From: a virus
Direction: 5' to 3' (one strand)
Virus record (IMG/VR): IMGVR_UViG_3300012944_000024
Coordinates: 1 to 64,000 of that record
DNA: 64,000 bases
A program made the position numbers and the translations under genes. The first letter of the stretch is position 1. Every line of letters starts with the position of its first letter. The notes below the pieces were generated by a model. That model had not been told where the DNA came from and ran no database searches. It was given only the letters and a program-made list of their open reading frames with translations. Shown in pieces: positions 34,798-45,271 of this stretch.

Positions 34798-35352
34798 ATG
34801 AGACGTATCGCCGCCCTCTTCGCCGCCCTCCTTCTGCCCGCCTGCGGGGGGCCGCCCTTCACCACCGCGGATCGGGCCGCCACGCCGCCCAGCGACGAGG
34901 CTGGGAACCCGGGTTCCCAGGTGCCGATCCCCGACCCCGTGGGCGACGCCGCCTCGGCTGGCAACCGGGACGACGCGGGGCTGCCAGACCCCCCCGCCCC
35001 CCTCCCCACCTCCCCCACCCCGCCTGGCAGCCCCGAGGCGGGCTCGCCGCCCGTCGACCCACCCGACGCCCCCCCGCCCGCGCGCGAGGCCACAGCGCCC
35101 TCGTGCGGGCCCGGCAACTGCGCGGGCTGCTGCGACAGTACGGGTACGTGCCAGCGGGGAGGGTCCGACACCGCCTGCGGGGCGTCGGGCAACGCGTGCG
35201 GAGATTGTGCCCCTTTGACGTGCCTCTCGGGCGCGTGCGTGGGGGCTACGTGCATGCCCGCGCTCTGCCCGGCGTGCAGCAATGGGCTGTCGTGCTGCGC
35301 GGCCGGTGGGTGCGGGTGCGTCGGGGGCGCGGGGCTCTGCGTCGCGAACTAG
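34798..35352 (+). CDS. Pro-rich/Cys-rich lipoprotein (myxobacterial style)
   Basis: MRRIAALFAALLLPAC lipobox; Pro linker; CGPGNCAGCC...CGASGNACGDC. Confidence 0.8.
   Translation: MRRIAALFAALLLPACGGPPFTTADRAATPPSDEAGNPGSQVPIPDPVGDAASAGNRDDAGLPDPPAPLPTSPTPPGSPEAGSPPVDPPDAPPPAREATAPSCGPGNCAGCCDSTGTCQRGGSDTACGASGNACGDCAPLTCLSGACVGATCMPALCPACSNGLSCCAAGGCGCVGGAGLCVAN
34903..34918. repeat. 16-bp palindrome copy 9
   Basis: Exact; in lipoprotein linker (GNPGS). Confidence 0.98.
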
Positions 35353-36956
35353 AGGTCCCAGCCCATCACGGCCACGTTCACGCTCCCCACGCCGCGCGAC
35401 GACCCCGTGCTATCGACCTGCAGGCCGAATCCGAACAGGACTCCGGACGGCGGGATGGCAACCTTCACGCGGTAGCCGACCGCGAGCGCGTTGGCCGACA
35501 CCGTCGGGTTTGGCAGGGAGTCGACGATCACCTCGGCGCGTGTGAGCACGTGCGTCAAGGTCGACTCGTACACGAGCACCGAGAGCTGCAGGAAGTCGAT
35601 GAATCCCGACGGGACCGGTCCCGAGATGACCGTGAGGAGCAGGTGGAGCGCCTTGGCGTTCGCGGGGTAGTCGGTCACCGGCGCGTAGGTCCCGCTGGAG
35701 AACGAGCCCGACGTAGTGAGGGTCTTGGTGAAAAGACCCCCGGCGCCGGGGACGTTGGTCGTCTGCTTGACCCCATCGGTCACCACCGCGGCGACCGCCC
35801 CGCTGGTGGTCAGCCCGACCGCGATGCAGACGGCCTTCTGCGTCGCCCCCCCCAGCCCCGTCCCTGGGGGCAGGGCGAGAGGTGCGTTGGGGGCGCCCAA
35901 AAAGCTCGCAGGCGTCATCGAGAGCGACGGGATGCCGCGCGGGTTGCCCGGCGCGAGCAGGCCCCCTTGCAGCGTGTAGATCGCCCACCGAGGCAACCCA
36001 AACGGCTCGAGCAGATAGACGTACCCGACCCCCGCGCTGATCGCGCCGCTCTGGTTGGCCGCGAGATTGAGGTCGGTGGTGCCGCCGAGCTGGCCGCCCA
36101 GGCGGTAGAGGCACCCGCCCCCCGTCCCCAAAAAAACGAAGTTTGGATCGGTCGCGCTCGTGTCGACGTAGCCAGTGAGCAGCGCGTGGGTCGGCGAGCT
36201 CGCCGTGTCGATCTGGGTCCGATGGATCCGGGTGTGCGGATCGCGAGTGGCGAGGTTGAAGGGCGGGAAGAGCCGGTCGCCCACGAAGGGGCGCACATCC
36301 CAGAGGGTGCAGTTGGACGAGGTGATGGCGGTGAAGCCGGTGGGGGCGGAGATCACCGCGAGCGGCACCCACCCCACCGCCGTGCCGGGAAACCCGCCGC
36401 CCGACCCGCCCGCGCGCACGCGGTACTGCAGACGCCCGGAGATGACCTTGTTGACCGTCGAGGCGAGAAAGAGCCCCGTGACGGGATTGAAGATGTCGCG
36501 GTTGTCGGTCTCGAGGACCGAGAACCCACCCGCCACCCTCGCGCACTCGACCACGTAGATGATCGTCCCGCCCGACGTGTTGGCCGGGACGGCGAGGGCG
36601 CCGGCGATGTTGATCCCCGGGTCGCGGATCACCTTGTACTGCGACTCGTCGGGGTTGATCGAAACATCAGGATCGTAGAGGCCGATCACCCCGGGATCGA
36701 CCAGGAGGTTCAGGCTGCCGATCTGCGGGCGCACCACCAGCCCGTTGAAGACGGCCGCGCTCGGAGGGGAGGTGGCGATCGTCGACTGCAGGTCGAACGA
36801 GCTCGCCTGCGTGTCGTCGGTGCCGCAGTAGGTGTCGGCGAGCGCGCGGAGCAGCTCGTTCAGATCGAGCCCGCGGAATCGCTGCGCGCGGTTCTGGTCG
36901 TCCGAGATCGCGCGCTCGCTCGCGTTGTAGACCAGTTCCTGCTCGCCATTGGCCAT
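35349..36956 (-). CDS. Tail fibre / baseplate-attached protein
   Basis: Follows baseplate genes; beta-rich Gly/Thr composition. Confidence 0.7.
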   Translation of the reverse strand: MANGEQELVYNASERAISDDQNRAQRFRGLDLNELLRALADTYCGTDDTQASSFDLQSTIATSPPSAAVFNGLVVRPQIGSLNLLVDPGVIGLYDPDVSINPDESQYKVIRDPGINIAGALAVPANTSGGTIIYVVECARVAGGFSVLETDNRDIFNPVTGLFLASTVNKVISGRLQYRVRAGGSGGGFPGTAVGWVPLAVISAPTGFTAITSSNCTLWDVRPFVGDRLFPPFNLATRDPHTRIHRTQIDTASSPTHALLTGYVDTSATDPNFVFLGTGGGCLYRLGGQLGGTTDLNLAANQSGAISAGVGYVYLLEPFGLPRWAIYTLQGGLLAPGNPRGIPSLSMTPASFLGAPNAPLALPPGTGLGGATQKAVCIAVGLTTSGAVAAVVTDGVKQTTNVPGAGGLFTKTLTTSGSFSSGTYAPVTDYPANAKALHLLLTVISGPVPSGFIDFLQLSVLVYESTLTHVLTRAEVIVDSLPNPTVSANALAVGYRVKVAIPPSGVLFGFGLQVDSTGSSRGVGSVNVAVMGWDL

Positions 36957-36989
36957 GAGCGGCAATGTCCTACGAGTCGGGGTACCGCG

Positions 36990-38876
36990 TCACGGACACG
37001 GACCATCGTCCAGCAGCAATTCCCAGCCAACCCCACCCGCTCGGACCTTCTCGATCGCCGCGTAGACGGACTGGTAGGTGAGCGAAGAGAGGTAGGGGGA
37101 GCCGTCGAAGAAGTCGTCGTACGGCTCGGCGTCAAACGCGCCGGTCGGGTAGTCGTCAAAGGCGAAGCCGAACTCGCCGAACGAGAGGGTCGGGACGCCC
37201 ACGTAGAAGTAGGCGCGCATCGTCAGGTAGGAGAAGAGGACGCGGAACCGGTTGGCATCCATCAGCCCCGCGGTCAGCCCGCTCGGCACCAGGACCGCCC
37301 CGCTCCTCAGCCCCACGATCGGATCCCCGATCGTGAACTTCCCGCGGATGCTGGCGAAGCCCGCGAAGCTCGTGAACGGGGCCGGGGGGCCGGGCACGAA
37401 CGGGGCCGGGCCGACGGGATTGTAGACGACCGCGGTCGTCACGATCCCCGCCGCGCTGGTCTGCGAGACCTTCTCGCCGTCGAGAAAGACGCCGGTGAAG
37501 ATGCCCGATGCGACGACGAGGTCGTAGTCGAACGCGTCCCCCCCGGCCCCGTGCACGTCGACGGGCTTGTCGAAGAAGAAGCCCGGATAGCTGGGCTGCC
37601 CGGCTTCGCGAAAGCACCAGGGGATCCCGGGGATCGCGCGGTTGAGCGCGCGCCGGATCGCATTGGGCGAGACCACGTCGGCGAGCTGGGCGACGCGCAC
37701 GCGGTACTGGTCATCAGACTCGGCAGGCGCGCGGTCGATGTCCTTCTCGCGCCCGAGCGCGTCGAGCATCGCGGCCTTGCCGCCCGTAGGGCTCGCGGTG
37801 TTGGTCACTCTGACCTGCCAGTCGATCACCCAATCCAGCACCCGCCACCCCGCCGTCTCGACCTCGGGGGTCAGGTCGAGGTTCTCGAGCTCCACGTCGA
37901 TCGCAGCGGTCGCCCCGCTCACCATCCCGACCACGTCGGTCGCGGCGGCGCCGTTCTGCTTCTGAAACGTCAGCACGAGATCCGCGCCCGCCTGGAAGAG
38001 GCCGAGCAGCAACCCGTACCCCACCACGCTCGCCCCGTTCATCAACTCGAGCTTCTCGCCGATCTCGAACGTGCCGGTGAAGTCGCCCGCGAAGCTGCGC
38101 ACCGACTGCTCGAGCGCGAGCTCGAGGGTCCCGCCCGTCTGCGGGGTGACGGAGAGGTTCGGGGGGAGCCACCCGATCGCCCGCGCCACCTTGCCCGTGT
38201 TGGTCCCGGCGGTGAAGGCGACATACTGCCCGACGTGCTGCGGGACGAACGCGTCGGCGACGTCGATCGCATCGAGAAAGACGCGAGCGAGCGAGGAGGT
38301 CGTCACCACGCCGCCCGGGTAGTTCACCCCGCGCACCGTCGCCTCGACGTTGGTGAAGTTGGTGCCGGGCTGGTCGATCACGACCAGCGTGCCAGGCATG
38401 GGGTTGTTGTAGCCGGCGCCCGGACGCTCCGCGCGCGCCGCCACCGTGATGGGGCCCGTCTCGCCGGGCGCGAAGACCGCGTTGTCGGTCAGCACGTAGC
38501 GCCGGCCCGTCAGCACCCTCACCCCTTCCGGGTATCCCCAGTCGGTGATCTGCTCGTCCACCAGGGTCCCGGCGATCAAGACGAGCGGCAGGGAGAGGAG
38601 CCCCGATCGGGTGAGGGTGAGGGTGACGGATGCGCGCGACGATCCGCTCGCGGGCTCGTCGGATTGCCCCGACCAGGGCAGCACGAACATCGCCTGGGTG
38701 GTGGTGTCGATCGCCTTGCTGACCCGCTCGCCCTGCGCCCACGCCTGCGTGTACGCCTCGAACCCGCCCCCCTCACCCGCCTGCTCGATCGGCTCGCGGA
38801 ATCCCTTGTCGACCGCACGCTCCCAGACCTGCTGCAGCTCGGCCTTCGTGAGCGGCCCGACCTTGGGGGTGATCAC
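36990..38876 (-). CDS. Baseplate wedge protein (gpI/J-related)
   Basis: LDALGREKDIDRAPAESDDQYRVRV motif, RAGGV at end. Confidence 0.75.
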   Translation of the reverse strand: MITPKVGPLTKAELQQVWERAVDKGFREPIEQAGEGGGFEAYTQAWAQGERVSKAIDTTTQAMFVLPWSGQSDEPASGSSRASVTLTLTRSGLLSLPLVLIAGTLVDEQITDWGYPEGVRVLTGRRYVLTDNAVFAPGETGPITVAARAERPGAGYNNPMPGTLVVIDQPGTNFTNVEATVRGVNYPGGVVTTSSLARVFLDAIDVADAFVPQHVGQYVAFTAGTNTGKVARAIGWLPPNLSVTPQTGGTLELALEQSVRSFAGDFTGTFEIGEKLELMNGASVVGYGLLLGLFQAGADLVLTFQKQNGAAATDVVGMVSGATAAIDVELENLDLTPEVETAGWRVLDWVIDWQVRVTNTASPTGGKAAMLDALGREKDIDRAPAESDDQYRVRVAQLADVVSPNAIRRALNRAIPGIPWCFREAGQPSYPGFFFDKPVDVHGAGGDAFDYDLVVASGIFTGVFLDGEKVSQTSAAGIVTTAVVYNPVGPAPFVPGPPAPFTSFAGFASIRGKFTIGDPIVGLRSGAVLVPSGLTAGLMDANRFRVLFSYLTMRAYFYVGVPTLSFGEFGFAFDDYPTGAFDAEPYDDFFDGSPYLSSLTYQSVYAAIEKVRAGGVGWELLLDDGPCP

Positions 38877-39997
38877 GCCGCCAACCCGACCGTCACGAAC
38901 GAAGGGGTCGTCCTGAGCGTCTGGCCGAGCGCGGGGACGAGGTCGCCCGCGGGAGCGACGATTGCCGACTGCTTCACCACCAGGCCTTGCGCGGCGTAGC
39001 GCTGTAGCACCGAGAAGAGCTGGCCCACGTAGAGCGGCCCGTTGACAGGCAGGGAGTTGACGAACCCCACCACCGCCGCCTGGATGATCTGCGAGAGCGC
39101 GACGGTGTCGACGTTGCCCGCGAAGGTGAGCGAGAGGACGACCGAGATGAGCTGCGGGATCGAGGTGAACACGAGCACTGTGATCCCACCCGCGCGGTAG
39201 TCGTCAAGAGAGCTCAGCACTTGGGAGGCGAGCGCGGCCGACGCGACCCCGCTCGAGTCGGCGATGTAGAGGTTCACCACGCGCGCGGGCTGGCCGAGCG
39301 TGTTGATCGCCTCGACCGCCATCGCCGATGTCACCCCCGGGACCGCCTTGGCGCCGAACTCGATCGCCGAGAGCACCCCGCGGCGCGCGGTCAGCCAGAA
39401 CCCGCGAATGCGGTTTCGGAAGTCGTCATCCTCCTCGACGTCCTCGCCCCCCGCGGTGACGTCGTCGTTATTGACCTGGACGGTCGTGTCGAAGAGCACC
39501 TGCGCGTTCTGAAATCCCCGGATCTGGTTCTTGCCGACCTGGGTCGCCTTGCCCGCCTGGCTCGCGCGTACGTTCGCGAACACGAAGTCGGTCTGCCCGA
39601 GGTTGAAGGTCGCGGTCGTGGTGGTGACGTAGCTGATCCCCCCGATTGTGGTGAGGGTGGTGCCGGCGGGGATGGAGCCGGCCCCGAGCGCTGCGGATAG
39701 CCGGAAGAAGCGCACCGTCCCGAGCGCCGCCGAGGCTCCCTTGCGGGCAATCTGGTAGCGGTCGTAGGCGTAGCGGTCGAGGTCGTCCCCGCTCGCCCCG
39801 TCGAGCAAGAGCGACGAGATTCGGAAGCCGAGCTGCTTGACGATCGCGTAGTGGACGACGCTCTGCGAGCCGACGAAGAGGTTCACGTCGCTCCCGACGA
39901 CGTCTACCTGTCCGGGATCGATCCGCTTCGCCCGCGCGAGGACGTACGCGCGCCCTATGGAATAGAGGTCGACTCGGCTTGGCAAATCGAGCGGCAC
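38873..39997 (-). CDS. Baseplate J-like protein
   Basis: ASGDDLDR...RKGASAA.GTVRF, GGEDVEEDDDFRNRI, VPGV. Confidence 0.9.
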   Translation of the reverse strand: MPLDLPSRVDLYSIGRAYVLARAKRIDPGQVDVVGSDVNLFVGSQSVVHYAIVKQLGFRISSLLLDGASGDDLDRYAYDRYQIARKGASAALGTVRFFRLSAALGAGSIPAGTTLTTIGGISYVTTTTATFNLGQTDFVFANVRASQAGKATQVGKNQIRGFQNAQVLFDTTVQVNNDDVTAGGEDVEEDDDFRNRIRGFWLTARRGVLSAIEFGAKAVPGVTSAMAVEAINTLGQPARVVNLYIADSSGVASAALASQVLSSLDDYRAGGITVLVFTSIPQLISVVLSLTFAGNVDTVALSQIIQAAVVGFVNSLPVNGPLYVGQLFSVLQRYAAQGLVVKQSAIVAPAGDLVPALGQTLRTTPSFVTVGLAA

Positions 39998-40007
39998 GGG
40001 GGCGAGC

Positions 40008-40889
40008 CTACTGCGTCGCGGCGGAGAGCTTGAACTTCGTCGCCCCCCCGCTCTTCATCCGCGCGGCGACGACGAACCAGCAGAGTCCGGGGGCGACGGG
40101 ATCGGTCATCGTCGTAACGGTCACCGCCGCCGTCTCCGGCTCCTGCTTGATCTGCGACTCCCAGTCGGCCGCCAGGGTGGCGCGCAGCTGCGCGGAGGCG
40201 AGCCGCTTGCCGTACGAGGGGATCCCGACCCCGTAGCCGGGCAGGTGGGCGAAGGCGTTCTTCTTGGTGATCCCGCGCCGCAGCACGCGCTTCTTGTACG
40301 CGACCAGGCCCTCGTCGAACGCGTAGTCGCCGGTGTCGTCGACCACGTAGGTCCCGTAGGCGATCGCGGCGGGCGAGAGGGGCGAGGTCCCCAGCAGCGA
40401 GGCGGGGGTCTGGGGGTTGGCGAAGTCTCTCGAGGGAACGGGCGACTCGAGCTGCGGGGGGACGATCCGCCGGTAGAGCCCGATGAAGCCGAGCGAGGCG
40501 GGCGTCGGCATGGGGGTGCGGGTCGCCGCATCCGCCACCCCCGTGACCGTCACGGTGTAGAGCGACGGGAAGGGGGTCATGGGGCGATCGAGGACGAGCT
40601 CGATCGTGTTGGGATCGGCGCCGACGCGCGCGAAGAGCACCGTCACGGCGCGCGCGGTGGTCCCGTCAATCCCCTGGGTGGTCGTGTCGGGCTCGATCGC
40701 ATAGTGCGAGAGCAGCGAGGCGTCCTGCAGGTCGAGCAGGCCCGAGAAGTACGGAGCCTCGGAGAAGTAGAGGCGCACCAGATTCTCGGCGATCGCGACG
40801 GCTCCCTGAAACTCGAACCCGCCAAGCGACCCTCCCCACGGGTCTCGCCCCCACCCCTCCGCCCCCCAGCCGGTCGTGGGAGCCGTCAT
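40008..40889 (-). CDS. Baseplate protein, Ig-like N-terminus plus gp25/gpW-like C-terminus
   Basis: VRLYFSEA...YTVTVTGVAD; GDY...AFAHLPGYGVGI. Confidence 0.7.
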   Translation of the reverse strand: MTAPTTGWGAEGWGRDPWGGSLGGFEFQGAVAIAENLVRLYFSEAPYFSGLLDLQDASLLSHYAIEPDTTTQGIDGTTARAVTVLFARVGADPNTIELVLDRPMTPFPSLYTVTVTGVADAATRTPMPTPASLGFIGLYRRIVPPQLESPVPSRDFANPQTPASLLGTSPLSPAAIAYGTYVVDDTGDYAFDEGLVAYKKRVLRRGITKKNAFAHLPGYGVGIPSYGKRLASAQLRATLAADWESQIKQEPETAAVTVTTMTDPVAPGLCWFVVAARMKSGGATKFKLSAATQ

Positions 40890-41302
40890 GGATCGAACTC
40901 CAGATCGGGATCCGGGTCGTACGCGGGAATGCGCCCGCCGCCGTAGGGGCCACGAAAAAACAAGGTGGCCGTCACGCTGATCGGGTTGTTGAGATTGCAG
41001 TTGAGACCGAGCGACAAACCGAAGGTCGGGATCGCAGGTGGGTACGCGAGCGGCGGCAAGTGGAAGCCGAGCGCGGCACTGATAAACGGGATCTTGAATC
41101 CGCAGAGCTCTGCTGCGGGCAGCCCGGCGTCGAAGCTCACGCTCGCGCTGAGCAGGCCAGGCACGGGCGGTAGCTCGGGTAACTGCGGCAGCTCGGGTAC
41201 CTGCGGGACCGACGGGACGGGCGGGACCGATGGGATTGGGGGGATCGACGGGATCGACGGGATCGACGGGTTGGGTATGCCAGGTAGGGTCGGGTTCGGC
41301 AT
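40886..41302 (-). CDS. Pro-rich baseplate-region protein
   Basis: (PSI/PSV/PEL)n repeats; ATGA overlap. Confidence 0.65.
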   Translation of the reverse strand: MPNPTLPGIPNPSIPSIPSIPPIPSVPPVPSVPQVPELPQLPELPPVPGLLSASVSFDAGLPAAELCGFKIPFISAALGFHLPPLAYPPAIPTFGLSLGLNCNLNNPISVTATLFFRGPYGGGRIPAYDPDPDLEFDP

Positions 41303-41315
41303 CTCGTCGCCGACG

Positions 41316-42275
41316 TTATCCGATCAGGAGTCCCGGAGCACCGATGCCAGGCGTCGTCCCAGGCACCATCGGTTGCGATAGAGCGGCTTGAATCATGGAC
41401 AAGAATGGAGTGACAGGCATCACCGCCGCCGCTTGCAGAGCCCCGCCCGCTCCGAGAGCCGTGGTGATCGCAGCCGCCAGCGTCGCGCCCGTCAGGGGCG
41501 TGATCCCGCCCGTCGCAGCACCGACCGCGATGAAGAGAGCGTTGAGGACAGCCACGACCGATTCGATGCTGGTCGCGTGCCACGACGCCTTGTTGCCCGC
41601 GGTTCCAAACTGCAGGATGCCCTGCGTGTAGAGAAACGACAGAGCCTTGTCGAGAGTCATCTGAGCGCCGTTTGCGCCCATCGTCACTTGCTTCTTCTCG
41701 ATGTCGATCTGTACCAACGTGTCGGCATCCCCGTTTTGAAAACCGAGGAAGTCGGCCGTCAGCGCGAGAAACGCTGCGTCTGCATTGGAGAGAGTGATGT
41801 TGCCGACCGCGTCGATGCTGAGAAACGCCTTCGTCATCGCGCTTCGCAGCAAGTACGACGCAGACGTTTCGAATATGTAGGGCACCCTCAATCGCCGAAA
41901 CGCGAAGTTGTTCCCGTTCGTACTCTGCCCTGCAACCATGGTGGGGAACTTGTCGATCTCTTGATTCAGACGCCCGAGGATCACGCACCCAGCCTTCTCG
42001 TCGCCCTCTGGGATCCCTACGATCACCTCATCCCCACCCAGGAACGGAAACCACTCCCCCTCTCCGTTTCCCGCGACCTCGTGGGCCACGCGGCACACCA
42101 CCGGGACCCCGCTCGGGTGCAGCTTCACGTTCACCAGCGGGCCGTACTCCTTGGTAAACGTGACGCTCTTGGCGCCGGCCGTCTCGATCTCGACCGTCCC
42201 GTACGAGATCCACTGGCGCGAATCACTCTCGCCACTCGCGGACTCGCGCATCATCGACGGGTCGAGGTAGCTCAC
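41316..42275 (-). CDS. Baseplate spike (gpV/gp45-like)
   Basis: OB-fold-like start with GEWFP..GGDEVIVGIPEGD...VILGRL then beta-repeat. Confidence 0.8.
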   Translation of the reverse strand: MSYLDPSMMRESASGESDSRQWISYGTVEIETAGAKSVTFTKEYGPLVNVKLHPSGVPVVCRVAHEVAGNGEGEWFPFLGGDEVIVGIPEGDEKAGCVILGRLNQEIDKFPTMVAGQSTNGNNFAFRRLRVPYIFETSASYLLRSAMTKAFLSIDAVGNITLSNADAAFLALTADFLGFQNGDADTLVQIDIEKKQVTMGANGAQMTLDKALSFLYTQGILQFGTAGNKASWHATSIESVVAVLNALFIAVGAATGGITPLTGATLAAAITTALGAGGALQAAAVMPVTPFLSMIQAALSQPMVPGTTPGIGAPGLLIG

Positions 42276-44002
42276 GGCGATCCCTTGAACGGCTGGTCGA
42301 CGCGGATCTCGACGTAGTTCGCGCCATGCAAGTCGATGCTCACGCCCTCCTCGTCCCCGTCCCAGTCGACGCTCATCTGCCGCAGGCGGAAGGTCGTCTG
42401 AAACCCACCGTCGACGTACGCCTTTGCGTACGCGGCGGCGAGCTGGTCGTCGAAGCCGAGATCTTGCATCAATTGCGAGGCGCTCGCGAGCAGCCGGTCC
42501 TCGAGCTCTCCCGAGGTGCCGAAATGGGTCTCGCGCGCGACCAGCAGCTCGAAGGTGTCGCCGACGCGCATGTCGAGGATGTCGGGATCGAGGTTGCCCG
42601 CCCCGAAGCTCGCCAGGTTCTTCGTCTTGAGGTCGAGGGTGATCTCGTTACGCCCGACGCTCTGGTAGACGTTCTGCGCGATCATCTTCAGCGTCGCTTC
42701 GTCCTCGATCCCGCGGATGCGAAAGACCGTCCACTTCTGATCGGTCGTCGCGTCGCCCGGCCGGAATGTCGAGACGAGCTTGTTCGCCGCGCCCTTCGGG
42801 TCGGGAAAGCGCGCGACGAGCGTCTTCTTGCGCCTGGTGCTGTAGCAGCGGCACTCCACGTTGGTCGGCGTGCTCTTGGCGTACTTGCGCGCGATCTTCA
42901 TCTTGCCAAGGTTGCGACCCCAGATGAGCCTTCGGTACTGGAAGCTCACCCCGTCGACGGTGCGGCCCTGGAAGGGGTCGTCGACACGCCGCGCGGTCTG
43001 GTTGGAGAGAAGCGTCTGGACCTGCTGGATCAGGATGGTGGTCGCGTCGACGCGGATGATGTGGCCGATCGCGCCCGTCACGTCGGTCAGGTAGTCCCAG
43101 ACGGAGAGCTTCTCCGCCGCCGCCCCGCCCTTGCTTGGAGGCGGGCCGAGCTGCGGCTGGAACGCCGTCCCCGCCAGCGCGGCGCCGAGCTGCGGGGGGG
43201 TGGTGGAGGCGGGCAGGTACTGCACCGCGAGCCCGGAGAAGTTCGGGAAGTTGGAGAGGTAGTCGGCGATCGCCTCGTCGATCGGTTTCTTCGGCGAGAT
43301 GACCAGGCCCGCCGGCGCCTCCACGTCGATGAGCAAGCGGGTGTTGTCGCAGCACTCGAGCGTGAGGGTCGGTTCGCCGTCGTCGTCCCAGTCGTCGGCG
43401 AGGTCGTCGACGAATCCCTGAAAGCGCAGGTTGGATCGCGTCACCCCTTGATCGTCCTGGTAGGAGTCGGGGATCACGTTGAGCGGCTCGCGGTAGTTGA
43501 CCTGCCCGGTCGAGCCGGTGCGGGTCTGGCCCGCCACCCCCGCGGCGTAGTCGGCCGCCTTGACGGTCCCGCCGTACACCTCGACCCCCATCGAACGGAT
43601 CGTGCGCGGGTCGAGCGGGCAGTCGATCGTCTTGATCTTCACCGTCGCGGTGTCGGCCGCGCGGATGCCGTTCTGGTTCCACGTGACGCGCTTGGGGATG
43701 ATGCCCGCGATCACGTGGGTCAGGTTGTCCACGCTGCTCACCTGCCCCTGCGGGCCGCCCGGCGGGGGCTGCTGGCCCGCCGGCGCGAGGGTGAAGCGGC
43801 GCGTCCCGGGGACGGAGGTGTCCGGGGTGGCGACGAGCGGGGCGCGCTGATCCTTGGTCCCCTTGAGCACCGTGGTCGGCTTGGGGGGCGCGGTCCGCTG
43901 CAGCTCGGTCGAGCCGAACTCCTCGAAGCGCACGATCAGGCGGACCTTGAACGAGGGCCAGTACGTGCCATCGATCTGGGCGCTCGAGACGTTCGTCGCC
44001 AT
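42272..44002 (-). CDS. Baseplate hub (gpD/gp44-like)
   Basis: ADTATVKI, FQGFVDD, LTLECCDNTRLLID; position between LysM protein and spike. Confidence 0.75.
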   Translation of the reverse strand: MATNVSSAQIDGTYWPSFKVRLIVRFEEFGSTELQRTAPPKPTTVLKGTKDQRAPLVATPDTSVPGTRRFTLAPAGQQPPPGGPQGQVSSVDNLTHVIAGIIPKRVTWNQNGIRAADTATVKIKTIDCPLDPRTIRSMGVEVYGGTVKAADYAAGVAGQTRTGSTGQVNYREPLNVIPDSYQDDQGVTRSNLRFQGFVDDLADDWDDDGEPTLTLECCDNTRLLIDVEAPAGLVISPKKPIDEAIADYLSNFPNFSGLAVQYLPASTTPPQLGAALAGTAFQPQLGPPPSKGGAAAEKLSVWDYLTDVTGAIGHIIRVDATTILIQQVQTLLSNQTARRVDDPFQGRTVDGVSFQYRRLIWGRNLGKMKIARKYAKSTPTNVECRCYSTRRKKTLVARFPDPKGAANKLVSTFRPGDATTDQKWTVFRIRGIEDEATLKMIAQNVYQSVGRNEITLDLKTKNLASFGAGNLDPDILDMRVGDTFELLVARETHFGTSGELEDRLLASASQLMQDLGFDDQLAAAYAKAYVDGGFQTTFRLRQMSVDWDGDEEGVSIDLHGANYVEIRVDQPFKGSP

Positions 44003-45240
44003 CACGGCCCCTTGGTCGCGTTGACCACGGGGATCACCAGCAGGGATCCGGGCGTGAGCGAGACCTGGTGCCACGGCAGGTGGTTGGCGCGAAGGATGTC
44101 GATGTCGTGGTCGATGCTGCCGTAGTAGAGCTGCGAGACCGACTGCGGGGTGTCGCCCTGCTTGACCACCCGGATCCCCAGGATCATCCCTTGCCGCGTC
44201 CCCTGCAGGGTGTTGGAGCCGATCTCCCCGCCGCCCGGGTGGCGTGAGAACTGGTCGCGCATCTGCTGCTGGGCGATCTGGCCGGCGAGCGCGCAGCTCT
44301 GCGCTTCGTCGTCGACGGCGGCGAAGTAGGTGAAGGATCGCATCAGGTCCCCGACATTCTCGGAGACGCTCGCCTGCTCGAACGGAATGTCGCCGAGGTT
44401 ATCGGAGAACTGCAGGGCCTGATCGGTGGCGTCCTTGGCGAAGTCGATCACCGTGTTGGCGATGCTGAAGGGCAGGGTGGCGACGTCGATCGCGATGGCG
44501 CCGATCTGCGAGAGCCCCGTGGTGATGCGCGTGAGGTTCTGCACGAGCGACTGGACGATCGCGAGCGGCGCGTTCGCGAGGGTCTCGAGCTGCCCGAGCG
44601 TGAAGAAGGACGCGCTGCTGAGGATGTTCTTGTTCTGCGAGACGATCTTCGCGTTCGCCGCGGCGATCGTGGCCGCCATCGAGGAGACGAGCGCGGAGCT
44701 CGCGCTCTCCACGTCCGCCTCGCGCGCCGCCACCGCGCGCTGCTGCGTCGCGCCGCGCGAGACCCACGAGAACGTGACCGACCACTCGACGTCGACGGAT
44801 CTCGAGGGCTTGAAGTCCCAGTGCGAGACCCGCCCCTCCCGCACCACCGTGCGGGAGATGACCCCGTCGGTCGAGCTCGCGATCGCCCAGGTCACGCGCA
44901 GCCTCTGCCCCTTGCGGGCCAGGTCTTCAAAGATGTCCCAGAGCGAGCCGGGCGAGCTGACGTCGATCTCCCCGCTCCCGTCGTTCCACGAGCACGGCGC
45001 GCGGTTGATCACCGTCAACCGCCACTCGCCCGTCCATGTGGTCGGGATCTCCTTGGCCACCAGCACCTGCTGGGTCGCCTCGGTCGGGTTGCCCGGGTAC
45101 CAGGTGGTCGGAAGGACGTTCTCCCCGCCCCAGTTGGCCCCCCCCATCCTGGGGAGCCCGCCCCCGCGCAGCGAGAGGGTCCGCGTCGGGTTGCGGTAGG
45201 CGTCGAGCTCGACGATCCCGATGGCGGAGGAATAACTCAA
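44002..45240 (-). CDS. Tail tube initiator with C-terminal LysM-like domain
   Basis: VVKQGDTPQSVSQLYYGS....ILRAN...GSLLVIP; follows tape measure. Confidence 0.75.
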   Translation of the reverse strand: MSYSSAIGIVELDAYRNPTRTLSLRGGGLPRMGGANWGGENVLPTTWYPGNPTEATQQVLVAKEIPTTWTGEWRLTVINRAPCSWNDGSGEIDVSSPGSLWDIFEDLARKGQRLRVTWAIASSTDGVISRTVVREGRVSHWDFKPSRSVDVEWSVTFSWVSRGATQQRAVAAREADVESASSALVSSMAATIAAANAKIVSQNKNILSSASFFTLGQLETLANAPLAIVQSLVQNLTRITTGLSQIGAIAIDVATLPFSIANTVIDFAKDATDQALQFSDNLGDIPFEQASVSENVGDLMRSFTYFAAVDDEAQSCALAGQIAQQQMRDQFSRHPGGGEIGSNTLQGTRQGMILGIRVVKQGDTPQSVSQLYYGSIDHDIDILRANHLPWHQVSLTPGSLLVIPVVNATKGP

Positions 45241-45271
45241 GGGGGTCCCAGCTCCCGGCGTGAGCCGGCGC

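Noticed and set aside
35349-36956. Diversity-generating retroelement or invertible fibre cassette
   Set aside because: No reverse transcriptase, template repeat or invertase seen
34764-38999. 1411-aa plus-strand ORF (and similar 16512-19553, 13085-15472, 45797-47809, 51266-53398)
   Set aside because: Antisense shadows of real minus-strand genes caused by high GC3; Arg/Gly-rich with no motifs
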